Assembly: GCA_965205265.1 (NCBI GenBank)
Contig: CBDBGH010000003.1
Location: forward strand, 2,176,001-2,240,000
From: Alphaproteobacteria bacterium
GTDB taxonomy: Bacteria > Pseudomonadota > Alphaproteobacteria > Bin95
Length of the DNA stretch: 64,000 bases
Direction: 5' to 3'
Both the position numbers and the translations under genes were made by a program. The notes below the pieces were generated by a model. That model was not told the DNA's origin. It worked only from the letters and a program-made list of their open reading frames with translations, and made no database searches. Of this stretch, positions 51,821-61,862 are shown one piece after another; position 1 is the stretch's first letter, and each line of letters opens with the position of its first letter.

Positions 51821-53781
51821 CGGCGGAACTCGGCAATTTCGCGCTCGCGCTGGCGCTGGGCCTCGCGTTGTTGCAGGCGGCATTGCCGCTCTACGGCGCC
51901 GCCAGGGAGAAGCCGGCGCTGATGGACCTCGCCCGGCATACGGCGCTCGGGCAATTCGTCCTCATCGCAATCGCGTTCGCTGCGCTCACGAGAGCCTATG
52001 TCGTCTCCGACTTCTCGGTCGCGGCGGTCGCGCAGAACTCGCATTCGCTGAAGCCGCTGCTCTACCGCCTGACCGGCGTGTGGGGGAATCACGAGGGCTC
52101 GCTGCTGCTGTGGCTGCTGATACTCACGCTGTTCGGCGCGATGGTGGCGGTGTTCGGCGGCAGCCTGCGGAAAACTTTCCAGGCCCGCGTGCTCGCCGTC
52201 CAGGCGATGATCGGGTCCGGTTTCCTCGCTTTCACCCTGTTCACCTCCAACCCGTTTCAGCGCGTCTGGCCGCCGCCGCTGGACGGCGCGGGCCTGAACC
52301 CGTTGCTGCAGGACCCCGGCCTCGCCTTCCATCCGCCGCTTCTCTATTTCGGCTATGTCGGCCTGTCGGTCGCCTTCTCCTTCGCCGTTGCCGCCCTTAT
52401 CGAAGGGCGGGTGGACCGGGCCTGGGCGCGCTGGGTGCGGCCCTGGACGCTTGCGGCCTGGGCGGGGCTGACCGCCGGCATCGCACTGGGGAGCTGGTGG
52501 GCCTATTACGAGCTCGGATGGGGCGGCTTCTGGTTCTGGGACCCGGTGGAAAACGCCTCCTTCATGCCCTGGCTCGCAGCCACGGCGCTCCTGCATTCCG
52601 CCATCGCGGCCGAGCGGCGCGAGGCGCTCAGGTCCTGGACCGTCCTGCTCGCCATCCTCGCCTTTTCGCTGAGCCTGCTCGGCGCCTTCCTGGTGCGCTC
52701 GGGCGTGCTCACCTCCGTGCACGCCTTCGCCACCGACCCCGAGCGCGGCGTCTTCATCCTCCTGCTGCTCGGCGTCGCGACGGGCGGCGCGCTCGCGCTG
52801 TACGCATGGCGGGCGCCGGCGCTCGGAGCGGGCGCGCCGTTCCGTCCGGTGTCGCGGGAGGGCGCGCTGTTGCTGAACAATCTCGTGCTGGTCACCGCCT
52901 GCGCGACGGTGCTGCTCGGCACGCTCTACCCCCTGTTCCTCGATGCGCTCGACGCCGGCAAGGTCTCGGTCGGGCCGCCCTATTTCACCGCAACCTTCGT
53001 GCCGCTGGTCGCTCCGGCGCTGGTGGCGATGGCGGTAGGACCGATGCTTGCCTGGAAGCGCGGCGATGTCGCGGGCGCGCTCGGGCGGCTCTGGCTGGCG
53101 GCGCTCGGGGCCGCGCTCGCCGCCGGTGCGGCGCTTTCGTACGGAGAGACGCTGGCGGCGCTGGGGCTTGCCGCCGCCGCCTGGATCGGGCTCGGCGCGC
53201 TGGTCGAGTGGGGGGAGCGCCTGCGCCTCGGCCGCGCGCCGGCCGGCGAGGTCTGGCGGCGGGCCCGCACCATGCCCCGCGCCGCCTGGGGCGGCGGCCT
53301 TGCGCATCTGGGCGTGGCCGTCGTCGTCGCCGGCATCACCGCCTCGCAGTGCTTCCAGTCCGAACTCATCCTTGCGATGAAGCCGGGCGACAGCGCCCGC
53401 ATCGCCGGCTACACGATCCGCTATGACGGGACCGCCCGCGTCGAGGGGCCGAACTACCGGGCGGACCGCGCCACGCTCTCCGTGCTGCGCGACGGCGCGC
53501 CGGCGGCCGTCCTCGCGCCCGAGCGGCGCTTCTATCCGGTCGAGCGCCAGCACACGACGGAGGCGGCGATCCGCACGACCGTCCTGGCCGACCTCTATGC
53601 GGTGATCGGCGAGGACGATCCGCAAGCGGGCCGCACGGTCCGCCTCTACCACAACCCGCTGGTGCCCTGGATCTGGATCGGCGCCATCGTCATGGCGCTC
53701 GGCGCGCTGGTCTCGCTGAGCGACCGCCGCCTGCGCCTCGCCGTTCCGGCCGGGCGCCGCCGGCAGCCGGCGGCCGCCTGA
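51817..53781 (+). CDS. ccmF: Heme lyase CcmF
   Basis: WGNHEGS, LNPLLQD, HPP, WAYYELGWGGFWFWDPVEN and SVHAF motifs. Confidence 0.98.
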   Translation: MTAELGNFALALALGLALLQAALPLYGAAREKPALMDLARHTALGQFVLIAIAFAALTRAYVVSDFSVAAVAQNSHSLKPLLYRLTGVWGNHEGSLLLWLLILTLFGAMVAVFGGSLRKTFQARVLAVQAMIGSGFLAFTLFTSNPFQRVWPPPLDGAGLNPLLQDPGLAFHPPLLYFGYVGLSVAFSFAVAALIEGRVDRAWARWVRPWTLAAWAGLTAGIALGSWWAYYELGWGGFWFWDPVENASFMPWLAATALLHSAIAAERREALRSWTVLLAILAFSLSLLGAFLVRSGVLTSVHAFATDPERGVFILLLLGVATGGALALYAWRAPALGAGAPFRPVSREGALLLNNLVLVTACATVLLGTLYPLFLDALDAGKVSVGPPYFTATFVPLVAPALVAMAVGPMLAWKRGDVAGALGRLWLAALGAALAAGAALSYGETLAALGLAAAAWIGLGALVEWGERLRLGRAPAGEVWRRARTMPRAAWGGGLAHLGVAVVVAGITASQCFQSELILAMKPGDSARIAGYTIRYDGTARVEGPNYRADRATLSVLRDGAPAAVLAPERRFYPVERQHTTEAAIRTTVLADLYAVIGEDDPQAGRTVRLYHNPLVPWIWIGAIVMALGALVSLSDRRLRLAVPAGRRRQPAAA

Positions 53782-54278
53782 TGCGCCGCCTGCTGTTCCT
53801 GGCGCCCCTGGCGGTCTTCGCCGCGCTCGCCGCCTGGCTGTATGCCGGCCTCGGCGGCGACCCGGCGCGCATTCCTTCGCCGCTGGTCGGGCGGCCTGCG
53901 CCGGCTTTCGCCGTGGACGGCCTCGCAACGGCCGACCTCGAAGGCCCGGCGCTCGTGAACATCTTCGCGTCCTGGTGCGTGCCCTGCCGCGCGGAGCATC
54001 CCCTGCTCACGCGCCTGGCGGAGGAGCGGGGAGTCGCGATTTACGGCATCGCCTACAAGGACAAGCCCGAGGCCGCGAACGCCTTTCTCGCCGAACTCGG
54101 CAACCCCTACCGCAAGGTCGGCTACGACGAGGACGGCCGGGCCGGAGTCGAGTGGGGCGTGACGGGCGTGCCTGAGACCTTCGTGCTCGACGCCGGGGGC
54201 GTGGTGGCGTTCAAGCATACCGGCCCGCTGACGCCCGACGCCGTGCGCCGCGACCTGCTGCCTGCGCTCGGGCGATGA
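53781..54278 (+). CDS. ccmG: Thiol:disulfide interchange protein CcmG/DsbE
   Basis: FASWCVPCRAEHP, YKD, GNPY and GVTGVPETF motifs. Confidence 0.96.
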   Translation: MRRLLFLAPLAVFAALAAWLYAGLGGDPARIPSPLVGRPAPAFAVDGLATADLEGPALVNIFASWCVPCRAEHPLLTRLAEERGVAIYGIAYKDKPEAANAFLAELGNPYRKVGYDEDGRAGVEWGVTGVPETFVLDAGGVVAFKHTGPLTPDAVRRDLLPALGR

Positions 54279-54670
54279 TGCGGCCTCTGGCGATACTGGC
54301 GTTTCTGCTGGCGTTGCTGTCCGCTCCGGCCCAGGCGGCGCTCGATGCGAGCGAGATGCTCGCGGACCCGGCGCTGGAGGCCCGCGCCCGCGCGCTCGCC
54401 AAGGGATTGCGCTGCGTGGTCTGCCAGAACCAGTCCATCGACGATTCGGGCGCCGACCTGGCAAGGGACCTCCGCCGGTCGCTGCGCGCAAGGCTGCTGG
54501 CCGGCGACAGCGACGAGGAGGCGATCGGCTATCTGACGAAGCGCTACGGCGACTATGTGTTGCTGGAGCCGCCGCTCAAGCCCGCGACCTGGGCGTTGTG
54601 GTTCGCGCCGGCCGGCTTCGCCATCGTCGCCCTGCTGCTGGCGCTGCGCTACTTCCGGCGGCGGGAGTGA
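54275..54670 (+). CDS. ccmH: Cytochrome c biogenesis protein CcmH (CycL)
   Basis: LRCVVCQNQSIDDS and RYGDYVL motifs. Confidence 0.96.
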   Translation: MMRPLAILAFLLALLSAPAQAALDASEMLADPALEARARALAKGLRCVVCQNQSIDDSGADLARDLRRSLRARLLAGDSDEEAIGYLTKRYGDYVLLEPPLKPATWALWFAPAGFAIVALLLALRYFRRRE

Positions 54671-55389
54671 CCGGCGGCCTCTGGCTCTGGCTCGCGGTCG
54701 GCGCGCTGGCCGCGGCGGCGGCCCTGCTGGTGCTGCGGCCGCTGGCGCGGGCGGGCATGGGCGCGCTGCCGGCCGCCCTGCTTGCCGCCGCGCCCGTCGC
54801 GCTCGCCTTCGCGCTCTATCTCTGGATCGGCCGGCCGGGCCTGCCGGACATGCCCATCGGCGAGCGCGCCGAGGAAGCCGCGCAGCATGCGGAGCTGGTC
54901 GGCCTCGCCGCGCGTCTCGAGGACCATCTCGAAACCAATCCGGGCGATGCGCGCGGCTGGCGGGTGCTTGCGGGGGCCTGGCGCGGCCTCGGGCGAACGG
55001 AGGAAACCGCACATGCGCTAGGCCGCGCGGTGCAGGCGGAAGGCGGCCTGGGCGCCGCGCCGGCCGGCCTCCTCGCGGATTACGGCGAAGCGCGCGCCGC
55101 CGCGGCGGCCGGGATGGTCACGCCGGACGCGCTGGCCGCGTTCCGGGCCGCGCTCCTGCGGGAAGCCGGGCAACCCAAGGCCTGGCACTATCTCGCCGTC
55201 GAGCGCCTGCAGTCCGGCGACGAAGCCGGCGCGCTCGCGCTCTGGCGAGGCCTGGAGGCCGCCTCCGAACCCGGCGCCCCCTGGCTTGGCATTGTGCGGA
55301 CCCGCATAGAAGGGCTGGCGCAGCGCCTCGGCCCCGCCGCAGCGGATGTCGCGCCTGCCGCCCCCGCGGGGGCGTCACCTGACGGATAG
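54667..55389 (+). CDS. ccmI: Cytochrome c biogenesis protein CcmI/CycH-like (short, TPR-like)
   Basis: Two TM segments, YLWIGRPGLPD, NPGDARGW and APW motifs; follows ccmH. Confidence 0.85.
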   Translation: MTGGLWLWLAVGALAAAAALLVLRPLARAGMGALPAALLAAAPVALAFALYLWIGRPGLPDMPIGERAEEAAQHAELVGLAARLEDHLETNPGDARGWRVLAGAWRGLGRTEETAHALGRAVQAEGGLGAAPAGLLADYGEARAAAAAGMVTPDALAAFRAALLREAGQPKAWHYLAVERLQSGDEAGALALWRGLEAASEPGAPWLGIVRTRIEGLAQRLGPAAADVAPAAPAGASPDG

Positions 55390-55785
55390 CCGCTTCGCCA
55401 GCGCCTGGATGTAGCGCCGGTCCATATCCGAAAGCCCCTCCTCGGAAGCCGCATCGCGGCGCATCTCCTGCAGCTCTTCCTTCAGCGCGCGCGACGCGCC
55501 CTTGCGCTCCAGCAGCTTCTGCAGGAGCTGGACCTCGGCCGAACCGTCGCCCTCGAGCGGCGGGCCGCCCTCGGCATCGTCTTCGCCCTCTTCTTCGAGG
55601 TCGAGGTCGGGCTCGGTGAAATCGCTTTCCGGCGGGTCTTCCGGCGCGATCAGCTCGTCCCAGTCCAGGCCGCCGTCGGAGACGCGCGCCGCGAGTTCCC
55701 GCGCCGCCTGCAGCGCCTCGGCATCGTCTTCCGCGCCCAGGCGCTCCAGGCGCTCCAGCAGGTACATGCGTTCGGATTCGTTCAT
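55375..55785 (-). CDS. Hypothetical acidic protein
   Basis: Protein-like composition and codon use; directly downstream of the S1C gene. Confidence 0.75.
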   Translation of the reverse strand: MNESERMYLLERLERLGAEDDAEALQAARELAARVSDGGLDWDELIAPEDPPESDFTEPDLDLEEEGEDDAEGGPPLEGDGSAEVQLLQKLLERKGASRALKEELQEMRRDAASEEGLSDMDRRYIQALAKRLSVR

Positions 55786-55798
55786 CGCGGAAACCCGG

Positions 55799-56815
55799 TC
55801 AATGTCGGTTGGGTGTCTTCAGGAAGCTGCGGCGGTCGGCCGACCGGACGGCGACATGCACCAGTTCGCCGTCGCGATAGACATCCAGCGGCACTTCCAC
55901 GCCGGCCGGCCCGAGCGACCACACGGCGCGGTAGAAGTCCGACAGGCCTCCCACCGGCTCGCCGGCAACGCCCAGCACAAGGTCGCCGACCTTGAGTCCG
56001 GCATCGTCGGCCGGTCCGTCGTCGGTCAGGCCGGCGATGACCACCCGGTCCTCGACCTCCGCGCCGAACATGCCGAGCCAGGGGCGCGGCGGGCGCGCGG
56101 CCCGGCCCGTGGCCGCCATGTCCTCGAAGATCGGGTGCAGCAATTCGACCGGCACGAACATGTTGCCGGGCCGCGTCTGCTCGCCGGGCAGGCTGTCCTG
56201 CACATAGAGCGAACCGACCGCCGCCAGCATCCCTTGCCGGGTTATCAGCGCCGCGCCGCTCCAGCGGGGATGCGGCGGCGAGGTGAACACCGCCTCGTCG
56301 AGGAGATATTCCCAGTAGCCGGCGAACTCGCGCTTCGAGACCACCGACACCACCATGGCGAAATCGCGGCCGCCGCCGGCCGCCGCGACCGCATTGTCGC
56401 CCACGCTGAGGTCGTCCACGCTGCCGAGCGTCAGCGGCCGGCAGTCCAGCGGCCGGTCGGCCCGCAGCAGGCCGAGGCCGGTCACCTGGTCGTATCCGAC
56501 CACGCGCGCCGGGCATTGCGCGCCTTCGACATCGGTCAGCGTCACCTCGTCGGCCTCGGTCGCCAGGTAGCCGATGGTCAGCAGATGGCCCTTCTCGTCG
56601 ATCAGGACCGCATTGCCCTCGCGTTCGTTCCCCAGGGTCGAGGCCGTGAAGGCGTCTTCCGGAATGTCGGCGTGGTAGCCGAACACCGCCCTCAGCGTCT
56701 CGTCGAGGTCGAAGGACCATTCGGCCGGGTCGGGCCGCAGCTTCTCCGGCACGCCGCTTTCGGCCGTCTGGAAGCCTTTGAAGCGGTGGCCGTTGGCCCG
56801 GGAAACACCAGCCAT
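55799..56815 (-). CDS. S1C/HtrA-like trypsin-fold plus PDZ protein with non-canonical catalytic motifs
   Basis: TLGNEREGNAVLI, VVGYD, EFAGYWEYLLD, PRPWLG and GPADDAGL motifs. Confidence 0.85.
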   Translation of the reverse strand: MAGVSRANGHRFKGFQTAESGVPEKLRPDPAEWSFDLDETLRAVFGYHADIPEDAFTASTLGNEREGNAVLIDEKGHLLTIGYLATEADEVTLTDVEGAQCPARVVGYDQVTGLGLLRADRPLDCRPLTLGSVDDLSVGDNAVAAAGGGRDFAMVVSVVSKREFAGYWEYLLDEAVFTSPPHPRWSGAALITRQGMLAAVGSLYVQDSLPGEQTRPGNMFVPVELLHPIFEDMAATGRAARPPRPWLGMFGAEVEDRVVIAGLTDDGPADDAGLKVGDLVLGVAGEPVGGLSDFYRAVWSLGPAGVEVPLDVYRDGELVHVAVRSADRRSFLKTPNRH

Positions 56816-56846
56816 AATCATTCCCATCCGGATCGGAGCGCACAAG

Positions 56847-56873
56847 CTAGCCCGGATTTCTCGCCAATGTCAC
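56847..56873 (+). repeat. 27-bp direct repeat, copy upstream of ppk1
   Basis: CTAGCCCGGATTTCTCGCCAATGTCAC; 25/27 identical to 59130-59156. Confidence 0.9.
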
Positions 56874-56991
56874 GGGCCCGCGTCGCCTCCGCGCGTAACG
56901 CCGCAGGAGTTGGTGTATAACTCCGCTGGAATTCCGGGTTGCCGGAGAGGCGGGGACGCTCGTTCGGGGCCGAAAGGAGCCGCAGAGGGCC

Positions 56992-59133
56992 ATGCCGATA
57001 GACGGTGGCGCATTCGAGTGGTCGGATCTGGAGTCGCCGGCGCGGTTCATCAACCGCGAGGTGTCCTGGCTGGCCTTCAACGAGCGCGTGCTGGAAGAGG
57101 CGTCGAACCCGGTTCACCCGCTTCTGGAGCGGCTGCGCTTCCTGTCCATCTCCGCGCAGAATCTCGACGAGTTCTACATGGTCCGCGTGGCCGGCCTGAA
57201 GGGCCAGGAAGCCGCCGGCGTGCGCACGCCGAGCGCCGACGGGCTGACGCCGGCGCAGCAGCTCGAGGCCATCGACAGCCGCGCGCGCATCCTTGTGGAA
57301 GGCCAGCAGGCCTGCTGGCGGCGCCTGCAGCCGGAACTGCGCCGGGCCGGCATCGACCTCGTGGACGGCCGCACCCTTTCCGGCGAAGACCGCAGCTGGC
57401 TCGAAACCTATTTCATGAGCGACGTGTTTCCGGTGCTGACGCCGCTTACGGTCGATCCGGCGCATCCCTTCCCGTTCATTCCCAATTCGGGCTTCGGGCT
57501 GGCCGTGGACCTCCACAGCCCCTCGGACGGACGCGACTTCGAGGCGCTGGTGCCGATTCCCGGCAAGCTGGACCGCTTCGTCGCCCTGCCCGGGCCTGCG
57601 CGGCGCTATCTGGCCATCGAAGACCTGGTCGCGCTCTTCCTTGGGCATCTCTTCCCGAGATTCGAGCTGCGCGGCGCCGGCTCCTACCGCGTCATCCGCG
57701 ACAGCGAGATGGAGATTGAGGAGGAGGCCGAGGACCTTGTCCGCCTGTTCGAGTCGGCGCTCAGGCGGCGCCGGCGCGGCAATGTGGTGCAGCTCTCCAT
57801 CGATTCGAGGATGCCGCAGGCGCTCTCCGTCGCGCTGACAAGGCGGCTCGGCGCCGAGATTGGCGACGTGTTCACGCTCGAAGGCCCGGTCGGCCTCGGC
57901 GACATGGACCAGCTCATCGACGGGCGGCGGCCGGACCTTCTGTTCCAGCCCTTCGAGCCCCGCTTCCCGGAGCGCATCCGCGATTTCGGCGGCGACTGCT
58001 TCGCCGCCATCCGCGCCAAGGACATCGTCGTCCACCACCCCTACGAGAGCTTCGATGTCGTCGTGCGCTTCCTGCGCCAGGCGGCCCGCGACCCGGATGT
58101 GGTGGCGATCAAGCAGACGCTCTACCGGACCTCGGAGGACTCGCCCATTGTCGCCGCGCTGATCGAGGCCGCGGAGGCAGGCAAGTCGGTGACCGCGCTG
58201 GTGGAGCTCAAGGCGCGGTTCGACGAGGAGGCCAATATCCGCTGGGCCCGGAACCTGGAACGCGCCGGCGCGCTGGTGGTTTACGGCTTCATCGACCTCA
58301 AGACGCATTGCAAGCTTTCGCTGGTCGTGCGCCGCGAGGCCGACGGGCTGCGCAGCTACGCCCATTACGGCACCGGCAACTACCACCCGGTCAATGCGCG
58401 CATCTACACGGACCTGTCCTTCTTCACGACGGACCGGGCGCTCTGCAACGACGCAACCCTCCTCTTCAACTACACGACCGGCTATGCGGAACCGAAGCGC
58501 TTCGACAGGATCGCCGTCTCCCCGCTGTCTCTGGCGCCCCGGCTGCTGGAGCTGATCGAAGACGAGAGCGCCCACGCCCGGGCCGGACGCCCGGCGCAGA
58601 TCTGGGCCAAGATGAATGCGCTGGTCGATCCCGAAGTCGTGGACGCGCTCTACCGCGCATCCGCCGCGGGCGTGGAGATCGACCTCGTCGTGCGCGGCAT
58701 TTGCTGCCTCCGGCCGGGCGTTCCCGGCCTCTCGGACAATATCCGGGTGAAGAGCATCGTCGGGCGGTTCCTGGAGCATGCGCGCATCGCCTGCTTCGGG
58801 GCCGGCCACGGCCTGCCCTCCCCCCATGCCAGGGTGTTCATCGGGTCTGCCGACTGGATGCCGCGCAACCTCCACCGCCGCGTCGAGGCGTTCGTGCCGA
58901 TCGACAACCCGACCGTCCACCGGCAGATACTGGACCAGATCATGGTCGCCAATCTGAACGACACGGAGCAGAGCTGGGTGCTGGGCCCGGACGGCAGCTA
59001 TACCCGCACGGAGGCCGGCCAGGCGCCCTTCTCCGCGCACCAGTACTTCATGACGAACCCGAGCCTTTCCGGACGCGGCAGCGCCCTCGAACGCTCGGCC
59101 AAGAAGCCCGAACCCTTGCCTGCGCCCGTCTAG
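56992..59133 (+). CDS. ppk1: Polyphosphate kinase 1
   Basis: [60 protein letters not shown] and SADWMPRN motifs. Confidence 0.98.
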   Translation: MPIDGGAFEWSDLESPARFINREVSWLAFNERVLEEASNPVHPLLERLRFLSISAQNLDEFYMVRVAGLKGQEAAGVRTPSADGLTPAQQLEAIDSRARILVEGQQACWRRLQPELRRAGIDLVDGRTLSGEDRSWLETYFMSDVFPVLTPLTVDPAHPFPFIPNSGFGLAVDLHSPSDGRDFEALVPIPGKLDRFVALPGPARRYLAIEDLVALFLGHLFPRFELRGAGSYRVIRDSEMEIEEEAEDLVRLFESALRRRRRGNVVQLSIDSRMPQALSVALTRRLGAEIGDVFTLEGPVGLGDMDQLIDGRRPDLLFQPFEPRFPERIRDFGGDCFAAIRAKDIVVHHPYESFDVVVRFLRQAARDPDVVAIKQTLYRTSEDSPIVAALIEAAEAGKSVTALVELKARFDEEANIRWARNLERAGALVVYGFIDLKTHCKLSLVVRREADGLRSYAHYGTGNYHPVNARIYTDLSFFTTDRALCNDATLLFNYTTGYAEPKRFDRIAVSPLSLAPRLLELIEDESAHARAGRPAQIWAKMNALVDPEVVDALYRASAAGVEIDLVVRGICCLRPGVPGLSDNIRVKSIVGRFLEHARIACFGAGHGLPSPHARVFIGSADWMPRNLHRRVEAFVPIDNPTVHRQILDQIMVANLNDTEQSWVLGPDGSYTRTEAGQAPFSAHQYFMTNPSLSGRGSALERSAKKPEPLPAPV

Positions 59134-59156
59134 CCCGGATTTCGCGCCAGTGTCAC
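59130..59156 (+). repeat. 27-bp direct repeat, copy spanning the ppk1 stop and ppx start
   Basis: CTAGCCCGGATTTCGCGCCAGTGTCAC. Confidence 0.9.
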
Positions 59157-60610
59157 AGCAGACGCGGGCCTCACGCCGGGTCGGCATTGTCGATATCGGC
59201 TCCAATTCCGTGCGGCTGGTTGTCTATGGCAACCGGCTGGACAGCTTCCGCCCGCTCTTCAACGACAAGGCGACCTGCCAACTCGGCGCAGACCTGAACC
59301 GCACCGGCAGGCTGAACCCGGCGGGCTGCGCGCTTGCCGAGCAGGCGTTCCTGCGGTTCGTCAATATCGCCGCGCTGCTGCGGGTGGACCGGTTCGAGGC
59401 CTATGCGACCGCCGCGATGCGCGACGCCAGCGACGGGGCCGAATTCGCCCGCCATCTGGAGGAAGTCAGCGGACGGGCGATCGAGGTACTGAGCGGCGCC
59501 GACGAAGCGATGGCGGGCGCGCGGGGGGTCCTCGGCGCCATACCCGATGCGGCCGGCGTGGTGGCCGACCTCGGCGGCGGCAGCCTCGAACTCGTGCGCG
59601 TCGGGGGCGGCCGGGCCGCCGACAACGACAGTTTCCCGCTGGGCGTGCTTCGCCTCGCCGACAATGGGAGCCGCGAGGAAGCCGCCCGGCATGTCGCCTC
59701 GAGCCTGGACCGAACCCGCTGGCTGCAGCCCTCCGACCCGCCGGGCAGCCTTTACTGCATCGGCGGGTCGTGGCGGGCCTGGGCGCGGCTTCACCTGACC
59801 CACAGCCGCCACCCGCTCGACATCATCCACCAATATGCGGTGGCGGCACCGGAGGCGCACGCATTCTGCGGCATGTTGACCCGGATGAGCCGCAACAGCC
59901 TGGCCGAGCTTACCCCGGTCTCCTCGCGCCGCCGGCCGCATCTGCCGGCAGCGGCCGAAATCATGCTGCAGTTGATCGACCGGACCGGAGCGGAGCGGGT
60001 TGTCTTTTCAAGCGCCGGCCTGCGCGAAGGCCTGATGCTGCACCGCCGGCGCAAGAAGCAGCGCAAGCGGGACCCCCTGCTGGCCGTCTGCACCCGCATC
60101 GGGCGCAGCGGCGCCCGCCAGCGCATGACTCCGGACACCCTCATGGCCTGGGTCTCCGCGCTGGGCCTGGGCCTCCCGCCGGCCGAGGAGCGCATCGCGG
60201 AAGCGGCCTGCCGCCTCGTCGATATTGCCGGCATGGAGCATCCGTCCTATCGCGCGGAGCACGCCTTCATGCGGGCCTTCCGCCTGCCCGCCGTCGCTAT
60301 CGAGCACCCGGAACGCGCCTTTCTCGGCCTCGTCATGGCCGCGCGTTACGACGGGCGCATCGACCGGGACTGGACCGGGCCGGCGCGCATGCTGATAGCG
60401 GAGGACGCCCGCAACAGGGCGCTCGCGGTGGGCCTTGCGCTCCGGCTGGCCATGACGCTCGCGCCCGGCATCGAGGGCGCGCGGCTCAGGCGCCAGTCGA
60501 AAACGCTCACGCTTTCCGTACACCGGGACTTTATCAGCCCGGAAGTCGAACGCCGGCTGGCCACGCTCGCCGCCGTGCTCGACCTTTCCCCGGAGCTACG
60601 GGAGCTCTGA
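59150..60610 (+). CDS. ppx: Exopolyphosphatase Ppx/GppA family
   Basis: DIGSNSVRL, ATAAMRDA, DLGGGSLEL, GLREG and HPSYR motifs. Confidence 0.95.
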   Translation: MSQQTRASRRVGIVDIGSNSVRLVVYGNRLDSFRPLFNDKATCQLGADLNRTGRLNPAGCALAEQAFLRFVNIAALLRVDRFEAYATAAMRDASDGAEFARHLEEVSGRAIEVLSGADEAMAGARGVLGAIPDAAGVVADLGGGSLELVRVGGGRAADNDSFPLGVLRLADNGSREEAARHVASSLDRTRWLQPSDPPGSLYCIGGSWRAWARLHLTHSRHPLDIIHQYAVAAPEAHAFCGMLTRMSRNSLAELTPVSSRRRPHLPAAAEIMLQLIDRTGAERVVFSSAGLREGLMLHRRRKKQRKRDPLLAVCTRIGRSGARQRMTPDTLMAWVSALGLGLPPAEERIAEAACRLVDIAGMEHPSYRAEHAFMRAFRLPAVAIEHPERAFLGLVMAARYDGRIDRDWTGPARMLIAEDARNRALAVGLALRLAMTLAPGIEGARLRRQSKTLTLSVHRDFISPEVERRLATLAAVLDLSPELREL

Positions 60611-61771
60611 CACCTCGACCCGGCCCCGCTTCAGGGTCAGCGCCAGTTCGCCCCGAAGCAGGCGCTGGGCGTCCGCGCCGAACAGCTCCCTGCGCCATCC
60701 CCTGAGCAGCGGCCCGTCCTCAGCGCCGCCCGCCAGGTCTTCCAGGTCCTCGCTGCTGGCGACCAGTTTCTGCGCCACGCCCTCATGCTCCACGCGCGCC
60801 TTGAGCAGCACGCGCAGCAGCTCCATCGCGGGGCCGACGCCCCGGGGCCGTTCCCGCTGCGGCGCCGGCTGCGGGCGGTCCTCCGGCGGCACGGCCTTGC
60901 CCTCGACCACCGCCGCCAGCAGGCCCGGACCGAGCCGCCCGTTCGCCATGCCGCGCGTCACGCCCCGGCAATGGGCCAGCGCGTCCGCGTCCGCCGGCGC
61001 CTGGGCCGCCACATCGAGCAGGGCGTCGTCGCGCAGCACGCGGTTGCGCGGCAGGTCGAGCCGCTGGGCCTCGCGCTCCCGCCAGGCCGCGACCGCGCGG
61101 ACGACCGCAAGATAGGCCGGGTCTCCGCTGCGGGTCTTGAGGCGCTTCCAGGCATGCTCGGGATCGAGCCTGTAGGTCTTGGGGTTCAGCAGCACGGCCT
61201 CTTCCTCCTCCACCCAGTCGGCCCGGCCGTTGCGGCGCAGTTCCCCTGCGAGACCCTCATAAACGGCACGCAGCCAGACGACATCGGCGAGCGCATAGTC
61301 GATCTGCCGTTCGGGAAGGGGGCGGCGCGACCAGTCGGCGAAGCGCGCGCGCTTGTCGAGCCGCCGCCCGGCGAAGTGCTTTACCAGCGTGTCATAGGCC
61401 GCCTGGTCGCCGAAGCCGCAGACCATGGCGCCCACCTGCGTGTCGAGCAGCGGCTCGGGGATGACCCCGCCCATATGGAAGAAGATCTCGATGTCCTGGC
61501 GCGCGGCGTGCATGACCTTGGGCACGGGCGAGGCCAGCAGCCGCCATACGGGCCCCAGGTCGAGGCCGGGCACCAGCGTATCGACCGCCCGCGCGGTCTC
61601 CGCGTCCGCAAGCTGGATCAGGCAGAGCTGCGGCCAGTAGGTCGATTCCCGCATGAACTCGGTATCGACCGTCACATAGTCCGCATCCTGCAGCCGGGCG
61701 CAGAACGCCTCCAGCTCCGCCTGCGTGTCGATGAGGCGCGGGTCGGGGGTCGGCGATGTCGAAGAGGGCAT
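60596..61771 (-). CDS. rnd: Ribonuclease D
   Basis: VDTEFMRESTYWP, HAARQD, DTQV, DWSRRPL and YALADV motifs; HRDC-like region. Confidence 0.96.
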   Translation of the reverse strand: MPSSTSPTPDPRLIDTQAELEAFCARLQDADYVTVDTEFMRESTYWPQLCLIQLADAETARAVDTLVPGLDLGPVWRLLASPVPKVMHAARQDIEIFFHMGGVIPEPLLDTQVGAMVCGFGDQAAYDTLVKHFAGRRLDKRARFADWSRRPLPERQIDYALADVVWLRAVYEGLAGELRRNGRADWVEEEEAVLLNPKTYRLDPEHAWKRLKTRSGDPAYLAVVRAVAAWREREAQRLDLPRNRVLRDDALLDVAAQAPADADALAHCRGVTRGMANGRLGPGLLAAVVEGKAVPPEDRPQPAPQRERPRGVGPAMELLRVLLKARVEHEGVAQKLVASSEDLEDLAGGAEDGPLLRGWRRELFGADAQRLLRGELALTLKRGRVEVSELP

Positions 61772-61801
61772 GGGGCGGGCTCATAAGGTGCGCCACGCGG
61801 C

Positions 61802-61831
61802 TTGACAAGCCAGCCCGCTCATCCCATTCCC
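61802..61831 (+). promoter_or_regulatory. Putative sigma70 promoter of aspS
   Basis: Perfect TTGACA in the rnd/aspS divergent gap; -10 element weak. Confidence 0.35.
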
Positions 61832-61862
61832 GCGCGACCTTCGCGAGACGAGCCCGAATCCC

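Noticed and set aside
51187-55389. Absence of ccmABC, and of paaGZK near paaA-E, as incomplete pathways
   Set aside because: Split clusters are common in Alphaproteobacteria; the genes may be elsewhere in the genome
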